64,000 nt of DNA from an uncultured Pelagibacteraceae bacterium (GCA_902597425.1 CACJXT010000002.1:309-64308), one strand, 5' to 3'. Counted from the stretch's first letter, positions 1 through 10,049 are shown. Program-made: numbers and translations. The notes: generated by a model from the letters alone, not told the origin.

Positions 1-241
1 TATTTTTAATACCAAAGGACCACATCATACGAGTCCAATAATCTGAATTAGGAAGCATATGAGGCACAAGTGTATCTTTGTCACTATGTTCTTCAATATT
101 CCAAAAGATTGCTCCAGGAATATGTTTGTCTAAATATTCTTTTTCAGCATTTCTTTTTGAATTTGGCATATGCCAGCTAGCATCAAAAATCTTAACCTTA
201 CTTAAATTATTATTAAGCCATTCAGTTGAAACTAAATTCAT
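1..241 (-). CDS. sseA: 3-mercaptopyruvate/thiosulfate sulfurtransferase (rhodanese), 3' truncated by window edge
   Basis: Not in ORF track. Hand translation from ATG at 241: MNLVSTEWLNNNLSKVKIFDASWHMP...EYLDKHIPGAIFWNI...PHMLP, with rhodanese motifs VSTEWL, DASW, HIPGA, PHMLP. Confidence 0.9.
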   Translation of the reverse strand, partial: MNLVSTEWLNNNLSKVKIFDASWHMPNSKRNAEKEYLDKHIPGAIFWNIEEHSDKDTLVPHMLPNSDYWTRMMWSFGIKN

Positions 242-242
242 A

Positions 243-686
243 TTATGATTTTTTTTGAAAGTACTTTTGGTGATATTCTTCTGCTTTACAATAGTTTTTT
301 TCTTTAGAAATTTTTGTAACAACTTTACCATTTAGTTTTTGATTAACTTCATTTAATACTCTTTCTGCAATATTTTTCTCTTCGTCAGTATTATAAAATA
401 TTTCTGAACGGTATTGATATCCTGTATTAGGTCCTTGACGATTTGCTGTAGTAGGGTCATGAAATTTGAAAAATAATCTAGTAATTTCTTCGTATGTAAT
501 TATTTTTGGATCAAATTCTACTTTTACAACTTCTACATGCTCAGTATCACCACCACAAACTTCTTTGTAATTTACTTTTGGAGTTTTGCCTCCACAGTAG
601 CCACATTCAGTTGAAGTAATTCCTGGGATATTTTCATATTTAGTTTCGTCCCAAAAACAGCCAATGCCTCCTATAAATTTTTGCAT
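243..686 (-). CDS. msrA: Peptide methionine sulfoxide reductase A (compact)
   Basis: GCFW, GYCGG, HDPT, RQGPN-G-QYRSEIF, AEEYHQKY motifs. Confidence 0.95.
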   Translation of the reverse strand: MQKFIGGIGCFWDETKYENIPGITSTECGYCGGKTPKVNYKEVCGGDTEHVEVVKVEFDPKIITYEEITRLFFKFHDPTTANRQGPNTGYQYRSEIFYNTDEEKNIAERVLNEVNQKLNGKVVTKISKEKNYCKAEEYHQKYFQKKS

Positions 687-729
687 AATATTTTAAAATT
701 TAGTGATAAATATAATTCAAAATATCAAA

Positions 730-1620
730 ATGATCAAAAATCAAAATCACTTAGGAGCAATTTATATGATCATAAGTGTTCTTTTTTTTTCATTAATGGA
801 TATTTTAATTAAAATTACTGATGAATATGATGTAGGCCAAACCATGTTTTTTAGAGCGTTTTTTGGTTTGATACCAATATATTTTTTAATTCCAAAAAAA
901 AGAATTAAAGATTTTTATAAAACAAAAAATATTGCTCTGCACTTTTACAGATCTTTTTTTGGAGCAATTGCAATGTCGGCTATTTTTGTTGGATTAAGAA
1001 ATTTACAACTAGCTGAAGTTACTGCAATGGCTTTTAGCGCGCCTTTATGGGTAGTTCTTTTTAGTATTTTTTTTTTGAATGAAAAAATAAAATTAAAAAG
1101 ATGGATTGCAGTTGGTCTTGGGTTTATTGGTGTAATTATAATTTCAAAACCTGGTTTTGATAATTTAAATTTTTATTATATTTATCCAATAATATTTTGC
1201 CTAGGTTTTGCTGGAGTTTCTATAATTATCAGAAAATTAACTCTTGCTGGAGAGCCTGTTTGGTTAATAGCCTTTTATTTTAGTGTAGTTAGTGGATTTG
1301 GTGGTTTGTTAACTCTTCCATTTGGAAGATGGACAATGCCTAACACATATGATTTTATTTTATTGATTTTAATTGGATTGTTAGGAAGTATTGCTAATTT
1401 ACTTTTAACTCAATCATACAAACTTGCAGAAGTCACTTTAACTACTCCCTTAAAATATCTTTCTCTTGTTTTTGCAATAATAATTGGATTTTATTTTTTT
1501 AATGAAATTCCTACTATTTACACGTTATCAGGAGCAGCATTAATTGTTATTTCTTCAGCAATTATTTTCTTTAGAGAAAGTCAATTAAAAAAACCTATTA
1601 CTTTACCTAGACAACAATGA
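730..1620 (+). CDS. DMT/EamA family transporter
   Basis: About 10 hydrophobic helices in two EamA repeats (FLNEK, FFNEIP); ATG at 730 preferred over GTG at 703. Confidence 0.88.
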   Translation: MIKNQNHLGAIYMIISVLFFSLMDILIKITDEYDVGQTMFFRAFFGLIPIYFLIPKKRIKDFYKTKNIALHFYRSFFGAIAMSAIFVGLRNLQLAEVTAMAFSAPLWVVLFSIFFLNEKIKLKRWIAVGLGFIGVIIISKPGFDNLNFYYIYPIIFCLGFAGVSIIIRKLTLAGEPVWLIAFYFSVVSGFGGLLTLPFGRWTMPNTYDFILLILIGLLGSIANLLLTQSYKLAEVTLTTPLKYLSLVFAIIIGFYFFNEIPTIYTLSGAALIVISSAIIFFRESQLKKPITLPRQQ

Positions 1621-2243
1621 AGAAACCTCCTGCTTACTGGAATAAGGCAAAGAGAATACTGTCAAAAAGAGACCCTGTATTAAAAAAAATTATTATTAAA
1701 TTTAACAAAGGTTATTTAACTAGCAGAAAGGATCCTTTTTTTTCATTGTGTAGAACAATAATAGGACAGCAAATATCTACGAAAGCAGCGGATTCAATTT
1801 GGTTAAAATTTGAAATGAAATGTAAAAAAAAAATAGTTCCTAAAGCAGTACTAAAATTAACTTCACGTAGCTTAAAAAGTGCAGGTTTATCACATCAAAA
1901 AATAACTTACTTAAAAAATATTGCTAAAAACTTTAAAAATAAATCTTTTAACGTTAGAGATTTAAAAAAAATGGATGATCAATTGGCAATTGATTACATA
2001 ACGCAATTAAAAGGACTGGGTATTTGGAGTGCTCAAATGTTTTTAATGTTTAATTTAAATAGACCAGATATTTTTCCAACTAAAGATATAGGATTAATTA
2101 GAGCTATATCAAAAAATTATAAAACTTCTTATCCACCCAGCGAAAGATTTTTAAATAAAATTTCAAAAAAACATTCAGGTTATAGAAGTGTTTTTACTTG
2201 GTATATGTGGAGAAGTATTGATCCAGTTGATGTAGAATATTAA
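1617..2243 (+). CDS. AlkA-like DNA-3-methyladenine glycosylase II (HhH-GPD)
   Basis: IIGQQIS, helix-hairpin-helix LKGLGIWSA, RPDIFPTKDIG. Confidence 0.9.
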   Translation: MKKPPAYWNKAKRILSKRDPVLKKIIIKFNKGYLTSRKDPFFSLCRTIIGQQISTKAADSIWLKFEMKCKKKIVPKAVLKLTSRSLKSAGLSHQKITYLKNIAKNFKNKSFNVRDLKKMDDQLAIDYITQLKGLGIWSAQMFLMFNLNRPDIFPTKDIGLIRAISKNYKTSYPPSERFLNKISKKHSGYRSVFTWYMWRSIDPVDVEY

Positions 2244-2257
2244 TTAAGGCTTTATAT

Positions 2258-2554
2258 CTAGTCATCATTAAAGCCTTCAATAATTTGTAAATTTCTCTCA
2301 GTGGTATTTTTTGCTAGTGCCCATCCTTCTTGATATTCTTTTGAATCATGACATTTCATGGCTTTTTCATAACTAGGAAATTCCCAAATTACTGTTCTTG
2401 TAAAATCATCTCCTTCTAATCGTTTATACTTTCCTCCTCTGACCAATGGTTTTCCTCCATAACTTTTAATAATTGGAGTTACTTTAGCAGCGTAATTTTT
2501 TAAATTATCTACGCTGTCAATTTTTTTATATAAAGCTATCCAATATCCTTTCAT
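2258..2554 (-). CDS. DUF1330 domain protein
   Basis: YGGKPLVRGG...LEG...VIWEFPSYE...S-EYQ pattern. Confidence 0.85.
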   Translation of the reverse strand: MKGYWIALYKKIDSVDNLKNYAAKVTPIIKSYGGKPLVRGGKYKRLEGDDFTRTVIWEFPSYEKAMKCHDSKEYQEGWALAKNTTERNLQIIEGFNDD

Positions 2555-2555
2555 A

Positions 2556-3446
2556 TTAATCTATCCATTCTTTAAAATTAATTTTATTTTTTTGAATATA
2601 AATTGGCAATTTACTAAATTCAAATTTTTCAAGTTTTGCGCCAGTGCCAATTTTGTTTATTCTCTTATCTACTTTAAGATCGTAAATTGCCTGTTTATTT
2701 TTTATTATTTCGTCTATTTCATTAGTTGTTAAAGGTTCTAAATCAAATTCTCGGTGATGAAGATAAGACTTTAACTTATATTCAATTTCTTTAGCTGTTT
2801 TAATATTTGAAAAATGCCAACCACCATCTTCTATAATTTTAACATTACTATATTTTTTATCAGAAAAAAAAGTATCTAACCTAAAAGCTGAATATTTACG
2901 ATCTTTAATGTTTCTAAGCCATTGTGGATTAATCAAATCTTTTTTTTTACATCCTTTTGTTCCAGTCCATTTCAAATTTGGCATGTGTAAATTAAATTTG
3001 TAATAAAACATATTTTGTTTAAACAAAAAAATTTTTTGATTAATTTTATTGAAATTTATTTCTGTTAAATTTGGAATTTCGTCTACATCAGATACTAAAA
3101 TTATATCATCATCTTTTGCATTCATTAATCCTTCTTGAATCAAATTTCTTTGACCATTTTCTCTGCGAGCTGCATTTAAAATATATTTTCCTGATGTTTC
3201 ACTTTCATTGTCTTCAGGTTTTACTATTTCAATGTGAGCTGGTTCTTTATCATAAACTAGATATATAATTTTATCTTTATATTTTTTAAATTTTTCATGA
3301 TTGAATTTTAATTCTCGCTTTTCACCCCTATGAGTAAATTTACTTTCAACTATTACGAAATAGTCAACAAAATCATTCAATGTATTTAATCTGACATCAA
3401 GAACAATTTCTTCATCAAAGTACATTGAGCAGTCAAAAATTTTCAT
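2556..3446 (-). CDS. GT17-like glycosyltransferase (beta-1,4-N-acetylglucosaminyltransferase family)
   Basis: IFDC-MYFDE, VDYFVIVES, RENGQRN, SDVDEIP (DxD), GGWHFS. Confidence 0.8.
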   Translation of the reverse strand: MKIFDCSMYFDEEIVLDVRLNTLNDFVDYFVIVESKFTHRGEKRELKFNHEKFKKYKDKIIYLVYDKEPAHIEIVKPEDNESETSGKYILNAARRENGQRNLIQEGLMNAKDDDIILVSDVDEIPNLTEINFNKINQKIFLFKQNMFYYKFNLHMPNLKWTGTKGCKKKDLINPQWLRNIKDRKYSAFRLDTFFSDKKYSNVKIIEDGGWHFSNIKTAKEIEYKLKSYLHHREFDLEPLTTNEIDEIIKNKQAIYDLKVDKRINKIGTGAKLEKFEFSKLPIYIQKNKINFKEWID

Positions 3447-3448
3447 AT

Positions 3449-3946
3449 TTAGTTATTGTTAATTTGTTTTAAACGTAAAGACGCAATTTTTTTTACCTGA
3501 ATTATTGCTTCATTAAATTCTGTATTTTTATTATTTTTTATCCTTTTTTTAAAATTATCTAAAATTTCAGATTTATTTTTTCCTGCAACAGCAATAATGA
3601 AAGGGAAATCAAATTTTTTTTTATAATCTTTATTTAATTTTACAAATTCTTCAAGCTCTTCTTTTGTACATTTATTAAGTTCAGCATTACTTTGTTCTTT
3701 TTTAGAGTCATTTGTCATTATTTTTTCTACAGCTAATTCAGGATGAGAATTTAAAATTTTTAAATGATTTTCTTTTTTTTCATTTTCAAAAATATTTAAA
3801 AATCTTTCGGTTAATTTATCAAAATTTTCAAAAGGCTTAAAGCCAAAAGCTTTTTCGGCTATCCAAGTTGTTTTTTCAAAAACATTTCCAAAAACAGATA
3901 TAAAATCAGATTTGCTTAATTTATTAACTTTATCTACCGAATCCAT
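3449..3946 (-). CDS. uraD: OHCU decarboxylase
   Basis: FGNVFEKT-WIAE, HPELA, S-KEQ, Y-KKFDFPFIIAV, QV-KIA-LRL; adjacent to uraH. Confidence 0.92.
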   Translation of the reverse strand: MDSVDKVNKLSKSDFISVFGNVFEKTTWIAEKAFGFKPFENFDKLTERFLNIFENEKKENHLKILNSHPELAVEKIMTNDSKKEQSNAELNKCTKEELEEFVKLNKDYKKKFDFPFIIAVAGKNKSEILDNFKKRIKNNKNTEFNEAIIQVKKIASLRLKQINNN

Positions 3947-3981
3947 TTATGATTTTTTCTTATCTTAGTTTTAATATTTTA

Positions 3982-4002
3982 ATTATGCAATTATTGTATA
4001 AT
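3982..4002. promoter_or_regulatory. Imperfect palindrome / overlapping divergent -10 elements between uraD and uraH
   Basis: ATTATGCAAT-T-ATTGTATAAT (9 of 10 arm positions complementary); contains TATAAT 15 nt before the uraH ATG. Confidence 0.35.
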
Positions 4003-4017
4003 ATATAAATAACTATT

Positions 4018-4368
4018 ATGACAAAATTAACTACACATGTATTAGATGTTTATTCAGGCAAACCAGGCAAGGGCATTAAAGTTGATCTATATTATATTAA
4101 CAATAATAAAAGGGAAAAGTTAAACAGTGTTATACTAAATGATGACGGTAGAACTGAAAAAGCTTTGATTGAAGGCGTAAATTTTAAAGAGGGCAAATAC
4201 GAACTTGTTTTTTTTGTTGGAGATTATTTTAAAAAAATAACTGAAACACCCAAAATTCCATTTTTAGATGATGTAGTTATAAAATTTGGAATATATAATG
4301 CCAAAGAGCATTATCATGTACCTTTGCTTGTTTCACCTTGGAGTTATTCTACTTACAGAGGAAGTTAA
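4018..4368 (+). CDS. uraH: 5-hydroxyisourate hydrolase (transthyretin-like)
   Basis: LTTHVLD, DGR, HYHVPLL-SPWSYSTYRGS. Confidence 0.96.
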   Translation: MTKLTTHVLDVYSGKPGKGIKVDLYYINNNKREKLNSVILNDDGRTEKALIEGVNFKEGKYELVFFVGDYFKKITETPKIPFLDDVVIKFGIYNAKEHYHVPLLVSPWSYSTYRGS

Positions 4369-5805
4369 ATGACTTCCGATATAGTAAAGTTTGTTTATCA
4401 AAATAAAATTTGTGAAATTAAAAACCCAGATCCAAATGAAACTTTACTTAATTATGTTAGAGCAAAACTAAAGAAGACAGGAACAAAAGAAGGATGTGCA
4501 GAAGGAGGTTGTGGTGCCTGCACTGTAGTGGTGGGCGAACTAATAAAAAATAATATTAGTTACAAGGCTATAAATTCTTGTATAGCCTTTGTTCCGAGTT
4601 TAGAGGGTAAACAACTTATATTAGTTGAAGACCTAACTTTTAAAGGTGAACTACATCCAGTTCAAAAAGCAATGGTTAATTATCATGGGTCACAATGTGG
4701 TTTTTGTACTCCAGGATTTGTAATGTCTTTGTTTGCAATGTACAAAAACTTTTATTCATACAAAGAAGAAACTATTAAAGATTCAATTCAGGGAAATCTT
4801 TGTCGTTGTACCGGATACAAGCCAATCGTTGAAGCTGCTAGAAGTTTAAATAGCGATAACAAAAATGACTTTTTTAGAAAAGATAAAACAATTACCTTAA
4901 GTCTTTTAAAAAAAATAAAAAAAAGAAGTATTAAAATAATTCACAATAATAAAAAATATTTTGCACCAAAATCAGTTAATGAATTAAATAAAATTCTTAG
5001 ATCAGAACCAGGCTCCAAATTAATAAGTGGTGGTACTGATGTATCTTTAATAGTTACAAAAGAAAGAAAAGATATAAATTCTTTAATTTATTTAAATTCA
5101 ATTGCTGAACTAGATTATATAAAAGAAAATAATAAATATATTGAAGTAGGAGCCTCAACACCCTTAATAAAATTTGAATCTTTTGCAAAAAAATATTTTC
5201 CAGATTTTTCTCAAATTTTAAAAAGATATGGATCAGTTCAGATTAGGAATGTGTGTACGATTGCCGGAAATATAGCAACTGCAAGTCCAATTGGGGATAC
5301 ACTTCCATTATTGTTGGCACTCGATTCTAAAATTATAGTTAAAGGTAAAAATAAAACAAAAATATTGTCAATAAACGGTTTTTTTACAAATTATCGTAAA
5401 ACAAGACTAAAAAAAGGCCAGTTTATTCACTCAATAAGAATTCCATTTTTAAAAAAAAATATATTTAAAGCTTATAAAATATCAAAAAGAATTGATGATG
5501 ATATTTCCTCTGTTTGTGCTTCTTTTAATATGGAAATTAATAAAAATAAAATAAAGAAAATAAGAATAGCTTATGGTGGAATGTCTAATATCCCCAAGAG
5601 AGCTTTTAACTGTGAAAAAATATTTGTTAATTCTTTTTTGTCTGAAAAGATAATTAGTAAAGCAAAAAGATTATTAGAAAAAGATTTTAAGCCTATTACA
5701 GACGCTAGAGCTACAAAAAAATACCGTATGGAAGTAGCAAAAAACCTATTAGAGAAATGTTTTTTAGAAGTTAAGCAAAAAAAGTCAATAAGGATAAATG
5801 TGTAA
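4369..5805 (+). CDS. xdhA: Xanthine dehydrogenase small subunit (2Fe-2S and FAD)
   Basis: GTKEGCAEGGCGACT, SQCGFCTPG, GNLCRCTGY, SGGTD, AYKISKRIDDDIS. Confidence 0.96.
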   Translation: MTSDIVKFVYQNKICEIKNPDPNETLLNYVRAKLKKTGTKEGCAEGGCGACTVVVGELIKNNISYKAINSCIAFVPSLEGKQLILVEDLTFKGELHPVQKAMVNYHGSQCGFCTPGFVMSLFAMYKNFYSYKEETIKDSIQGNLCRCTGYKPIVEAARSLNSDNKNDFFRKDKTITLSLLKKIKKRSIKIIHNNKKYFAPKSVNELNKILRSEPGSKLISGGTDVSLIVTKERKDINSLIYLNSIAELDYIKENNKYIEVGASTPLIKFESFAKKYFPDFSQILKRYGSVQIRNVCTIAGNIATASPIGDTLPLLLALDSKIIVKGKNKTKILSINGFFTNYRKTRLKKGQFIHSIRIPFLKKNIFKAYKISKRIDDDISSVCASFNMEINKNKIKKIRIAYGGMSNIPKRAFNCEKIFVNSFLSEKIISKAKRLLEKDFKPITDARATKKYRMEVAKNLLEKCFLEVKQKKSIRINV

Positions 5806-5806
5806 T

Positions 5807-8104
5807 ATGAATGAAAGTTCTTTTATCGAGCAAGTTAGACCACATGAAAGTGGATCTAAACATGTTAGTGGATACGCTAATTATATAGATGATATTGTTG
5901 AACCTCAAGGAACATTGCATGGAGCAATTGGATATAGCAAAAAAGCTCATGCATTAATTTCAAAGTTAAATTTAAATGAAGTATGGAAAAGTGAAGGAGT
6001 TGTTTCAGTAGTTACTTACAAAGATATTCCGGGACGTAATGATGTAGGTCCCGTATATGATGGTGATCCTATTTTTCCAAAAAAAGTAGAATATTTTGGA
6101 CAGCCATTATTTGCTGTTGCTGCAAAAACAACAGAGCTTGCAAGGAAAGCAGTTTTAAAGGCTAAAATTACTTATAAGATTTTGAAACCGATTATTGATG
6201 CGAAAGAAGCACTAAGAAAAAAACTTTTTGTTTTAAAAGGGAGGAAAATAAAGAGAGGAAATCCTTTAAAAAAAATTAAAAAAGCAAAAAATTATTTAAA
6301 AAATTCTTTTTCATTAGGTAGTCAGGAACATTTTTATTTAGAAGGACAGATTGCATTTGTTATTCCTCAAGAAGATAATGATTTTAAAGTTTATTCAAGT
6401 ACACAGCATCCAAGCGAAACTCAACAGATTATTGCTAAGATGCTTAATCAAAAAAATAATTCTATAAATGTTGAAGTAAGAAGACTTGGTGGGGGATTTG
6501 GTGGCAAAGAAACTCAAAGTTTTATATTTGCAGCGATATGTACTTTATTATCAAAAAAAACAAAACGACCAGTTAAACTTAAAATGGATAGAGATGATGA
6601 CATCATAATAACTGGCAAAAGACATGATTTTTATTCTGACTATGAAGTAGGATTTAATGATAAAGGAATTATAGAAGGTGTAAAAATAAAATTACTATCA
6701 AGATGTGGAATTTCTCCAGATTTATCAGGTGCAATTAATTCTAGAGCTTTATTACATATTGATAACGCCTATTATCTTTCAGATGTAATGGTAGAAAATC
6801 ATCTTTGTAAAACTAATACATCTTCTTCTACTGCGTTTAGAGGTTTTGGTGGAAATCAAGGAATGATGATTATAGAAAATATTATTGATAATATTGCTAG
6901 TTATTTAAAAAAAGATCCTGCAACAATAAGAAAAAATAATTTTTACCAAAAAAATAGAAAAAATATCACTCACTATGGTATGAAAATTGAAGATAATGTA
7001 ATTAACGAAATTTTTAATAAATTAATTAAGTCTTCAGACTATAAAAAAAGAAAAAAAAATATAAAAAAATTTAATACAAAAAATAAATACTTAAAAAAAG
7101 GAATAGCAATTACTCCTGTAAAATTTGGCATTTCATTTACCACTACTCACCTTAATCAAGCTGGAGCTTTAGTACATATTTATTATGCAGATGGAAGTGT
7201 TCATGTATCAACTGGAGCAATTGAAATGGGACAGGGTACATATACTAAAATTGCACAATTAGTAGCAAATGAGTTTGGTTTAAATTTTAATAATATTAAG
7301 GTTTCTTCTACTCGTACAGATAAAATACCTAATACTTCAGCTTCAGCAGCAAGCTCTACTACAGATCTTAATGGTGCTGCAGCAATTAATGCAGTAAACA
7401 AAATAAAACAAAACCTAGCTTCATATGTAAAACAAAAATATGGATTAAAAAATGATAAAGCTATTTATAAAAATGGGTATGTTAATTTTAGAGGAACAAA
7501 ATTTAAATTTAAATCATTAGTTAAAGAGGCTTATCTTAATAGGGTTTCTTTGTCATCTTCTGGATTTTATTCAACTCCAAAAATACACTTTAATGATAAA
7601 AATTTTACTGGAAGACCTTTTCTTTACTTTTGTTATGGAGCAGCAGTTTCTGAAGTTTTGATTGATACTTTAACTGGTGAAAATAAAATTTTGCGTGTAG
7701 ATATACTTCATGATCATGGTAAAGCAATTAATCCTGCAATTGAAAAAGGACAAATCGAAGGAGGATTTGTGCAAGGAGCAGGTTGGCTAACCATAGAAGA
7801 ATTAAATTGGAAATCAAATGGAGAGCTTACCACGCACTCACCATCTACTTATAAAATACCAGCGGTAAGTGATATGCCAGAAAAATTTAACGTAAAAATT
7901 TTTAAAAATACAAATAGAGAAAATGTAGTAAATAAATCTAAAACAACTGGCGAACCACCTTTAATGTTGGGAATGTCGGTTTTCTTCGCAATTAAAGATG
8001 CAATTGCATCTGTAGGAAATTATAAAATTATTCCAATAATTAATGCTCCAGCTACTCCTGAGGCAATTTTGTTAAGCATAAAAAATTTAAAGGAAAAATC
8101 ATGA
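5807..8104 (+). CDS. xdhB: Xanthine dehydrogenase molybdopterin-binding subunit
   Basis: QEHFYLE, RRLGGGFGGKETQ, TAFRGFGG, EMGQG, GQIEGGFVQG, GEPPL. Confidence 0.96.
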   Translation: MNESSFIEQVRPHESGSKHVSGYANYIDDIVEPQGTLHGAIGYSKKAHALISKLNLNEVWKSEGVVSVVTYKDIPGRNDVGPVYDGDPIFPKKVEYFGQPLFAVAAKTTELARKAVLKAKITYKILKPIIDAKEALRKKLFVLKGRKIKRGNPLKKIKKAKNYLKNSFSLGSQEHFYLEGQIAFVIPQEDNDFKVYSSTQHPSETQQIIAKMLNQKNNSINVEVRRLGGGFGGKETQSFIFAAICTLLSKKTKRPVKLKMDRDDDIIITGKRHDFYSDYEVGFNDKGIIEGVKIKLLSRCGISPDLSGAINSRALLHIDNAYYLSDVMVENHLCKTNTSSSTAFRGFGGNQGMMIIENIIDNIASYLKKDPATIRKNNFYQKNRKNITHYGMKIEDNVINEIFNKLIKSSDYKKRKKNIKKFNTKNKYLKKGIAITPVKFGISFTTTHLNQAGALVHIYYADGSVHVSTGAIEMGQGTYTKIAQLVANEFGLNFNNIKVSSTRTDKIPNTSASAASSTTDLNGAAAINAVNKIKQNLASYVKQKYGLKNDKAIYKNGYVNFRGTKFKFKSLVKEAYLNRVSLSSSGFYSTPKIHFNDKNFTGRPFLYFCYGAAVSEVLIDTLTGENKILRVDILHDHGKAINPAIEKGQIEGGFVQGAGWLTIEELNWKSNGELTTHSPSTYKIPAVSDMPEKFNVKIFKNTNRENVVNKSKTTGEPPLMLGMSVFFAIKDAIASVGNYKIIPIINAPATPEAILLSIKNLKEKS

Positions 8105-8565
8105 AAAATAAATTTATGCAAAGAGCAATAGAACTTTCTATAGAAAGTATTAATAGCGGAGGAGGTCCATTTGGATCTGTAATTGTTAAAGATGATAAAA
8201 TTATTTCAGAAGGGATGAATAGAGTGACAGTTAATAACGATCCAACAGCACATGGTGAAATAACTGCTATTAGGCAAGCATGTAAAAAATTAGGTACATT
8301 TGATTTAAGCGGTTATGAACTTTATTCAAATTGTGAACCATGTCCAATGTGTTTGTCAGCAATTTATTGGTCCCATATTGAAAAAGTTTATTATGCTAAT
8401 ACGAGAGATGATGCTCATAATATTGATTTTTTAGACCCAATTATTTACGCCGAACTTCAAAAAAATAGTAAAGAAAGAAAAATTCCAACGATTCAAATAA
8501 TGAGAGAAGAAGGTTTAAAGGCTTTTGAAATTTGGGATAAAAAAACTGACAAAATAAAATATTAA
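8101..8565 (+). CDS. guaD: Guanine deaminase (cytidine/deoxycytidylate deaminase fold)
   Basis: GGPFG, DPTAHGE, EPCPMC zinc motif; purine-cluster context. Confidence 0.85.
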   Translation: MKNKFMQRAIELSIESINSGGGPFGSVIVKDDKIISEGMNRVTVNNDPTAHGEITAIRQACKKLGTFDLSGYELYSNCEPCPMCLSAIYWSHIEKVYYANTRDDAHNIDFLDPIIYAELQKNSKERKIPTIQIMREEGLKAFEIWDKKTDKIKY

Positions 8566-8567
8566 AA

Positions 8568-9479
8568 ATGGATTTTTTACCTTACACACTCAAGTGGCTA
8601 GAGTTAATTTTAAGATGGAGTCATGTATTATTTTCAATTTTATGGGTTGGTAATAGTTTTCTATTTAATTATTTAGATAATAAGCTTAATAAAAATATTT
8701 CGAGTGAAGATATCGATGGAGAGGGTTATTTAATGCACTCAGGATACTACTACAAATTAACTAGACTAAAAAAATCCCCACCTATTCAGTATCTTGCTAA
8801 CTTAGTAATCTTTAAATGGCAAAGTTACCTAACATTTATAACGGGAATTCTTCTGTTAATAATAATTTATTATTACAATTCTGGAATATTAATGGTTGAT
8901 AAAAAAGTTCTACAAATATCACCGATTTATGCAATTTTAATATCAGTATTATCTCTTATAGTTTCTTGGTTTATTTATGATTTTTTGTGCAAGTCTAAAT
9001 TAATAAATAACAATATTTTGTTCTCATTAATCATTTTTATTTTGTTAACCATGATATCTTTTATTTTTACAAAAATATTTGGCCCAAAATTTGCATTTCT
9101 AAGTGTGGGTTTGATTATTGCTACAAACATGTTTGGAAATGTTTTTACAGTTATCATTCCAAATCAAATGAACATAATTAATAGCAGTAAAAGAAATGAA
9201 AAATTTGATTTAAGCTTATCTTTGACTGCAAAACAAAGATCAATCCACAATAATTATTCTACATTTTTAGTATTATTTATTATGCTATCTGGTCACTATA
9301 GTTTTATAGTTTATCACAAATATAACTGGTTAATTTTATCTTTAGTTGCATTAATATCAGTAGCAGCAAGACATTATTTTAATTTAAGAGGAAGAAACAT
9401 TCACAGGTTGTATATTTTAATTAGTTCAATTTTATCTTTAATTGTTCTTGCAGTTTTGCTTTTAATTTTCAAAAATTAA
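8568..9479 (+). CDS. puuD: PuuD-like membrane urate hydroxylase, membrane domain only
   Basis: LRWSHV-WVGNSF-F--LD, HSGYYY, FKWQSY-TFITG, NVF-VIIPNQ, KQRSIHNNY, FIMLSGHY; no CxxCH. Confidence 0.82.
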   Translation: MDFLPYTLKWLELILRWSHVLFSILWVGNSFLFNYLDNKLNKNISSEDIDGEGYLMHSGYYYKLTRLKKSPPIQYLANLVIFKWQSYLTFITGILLLIIIYYYNSGILMVDKKVLQISPIYAILISVLSLIVSWFIYDFLCKSKLINNNILFSLIIFILLTMISFIFTKIFGPKFAFLSVGLIIATNMFGNVFTVIIPNQMNIINSSKRNEKFDLSLSLTAKQRSIHNNYSTFLVLFIMLSGHYSFIVYHKYNWLILSLVALISVAARHYFNLRGRNIHRLYILISSILSLIVLAVLLLIFKN

Positions 9480-9493
9480 TATTATAGAAATAT

Positions 9494-10018
9494 ATGGCTG
9501 AAAAATTAATTGTAAGTTGGGAAGAATACAATCAAACTGTAGAGAAGCTTGCGGTCCAAATAGATGAAAGTGGATATAAACCAACAATATTAATAGGAAT
9601 AATGCGTGGAGCTGCTCCTATGATTGATGTATTGAGCAGAGTATTTAAAATCAAATGTGCTTATTTAGCTGTAGAGTCGTATAGTGGAAAAGGAGTTGAA
9701 GATGAACAAGGAGATATTGTTTTTTCAAGAGAGATGAGTTCAATAGCACCAAATATGGGTGGAAAAATTCTATTATGTGATGATTTATCGGATACAGGTA
9801 TTACTTTTAATAAAAGTATAGATTGGTTAAAAAAATATGAACCCATAAAAGATAAAATTGAAGATATAAAAACAGCAACATTATGGAAAAAAAATAAGTC
9901 GACTTTTGTGCCAGATTATTGTGCGGTAAAATTACCTGATAATCCTTGGATTGTTCAACCATTTGAAGTTTACGAGGAAATTAGAATCGAAGATATAAAA
10001 AAGAAACACAAAAAATAA
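9494..10018 (+). CDS. Purine phosphoribosyltransferase (xanthine/guanine PRT-like)
   Basis: IMRGA, PRPP loop ILLCDDLSDTGIT, WIVQPFE. Confidence 0.88.
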   Translation: MAEKLIVSWEEYNQTVEKLAVQIDESGYKPTILIGIMRGAAPMIDVLSRVFKIKCAYLAVESYSGKGVEDEQGDIVFSREMSSIAPNMGGKILLCDDLSDTGITFNKSIDWLKKYEPIKDKIEDIKTATLWKKNKSTFVPDYCAVKLPDNPWIVQPFEVYEEIRIEDIKKKHKK

Positions 10019-10020
10019 AA

Positions 10021-10049
10021 AAAAGGGCCAGATAAATTCTGGCCCTTTT
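10021..10049. terminator. Bidirectional intrinsic terminator
   Basis: AAAAGGGCCAGA-TAAAT-TCTGGCCCTTTT between convergent genes, with A and T tracts on the two sides. Confidence 0.9.
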
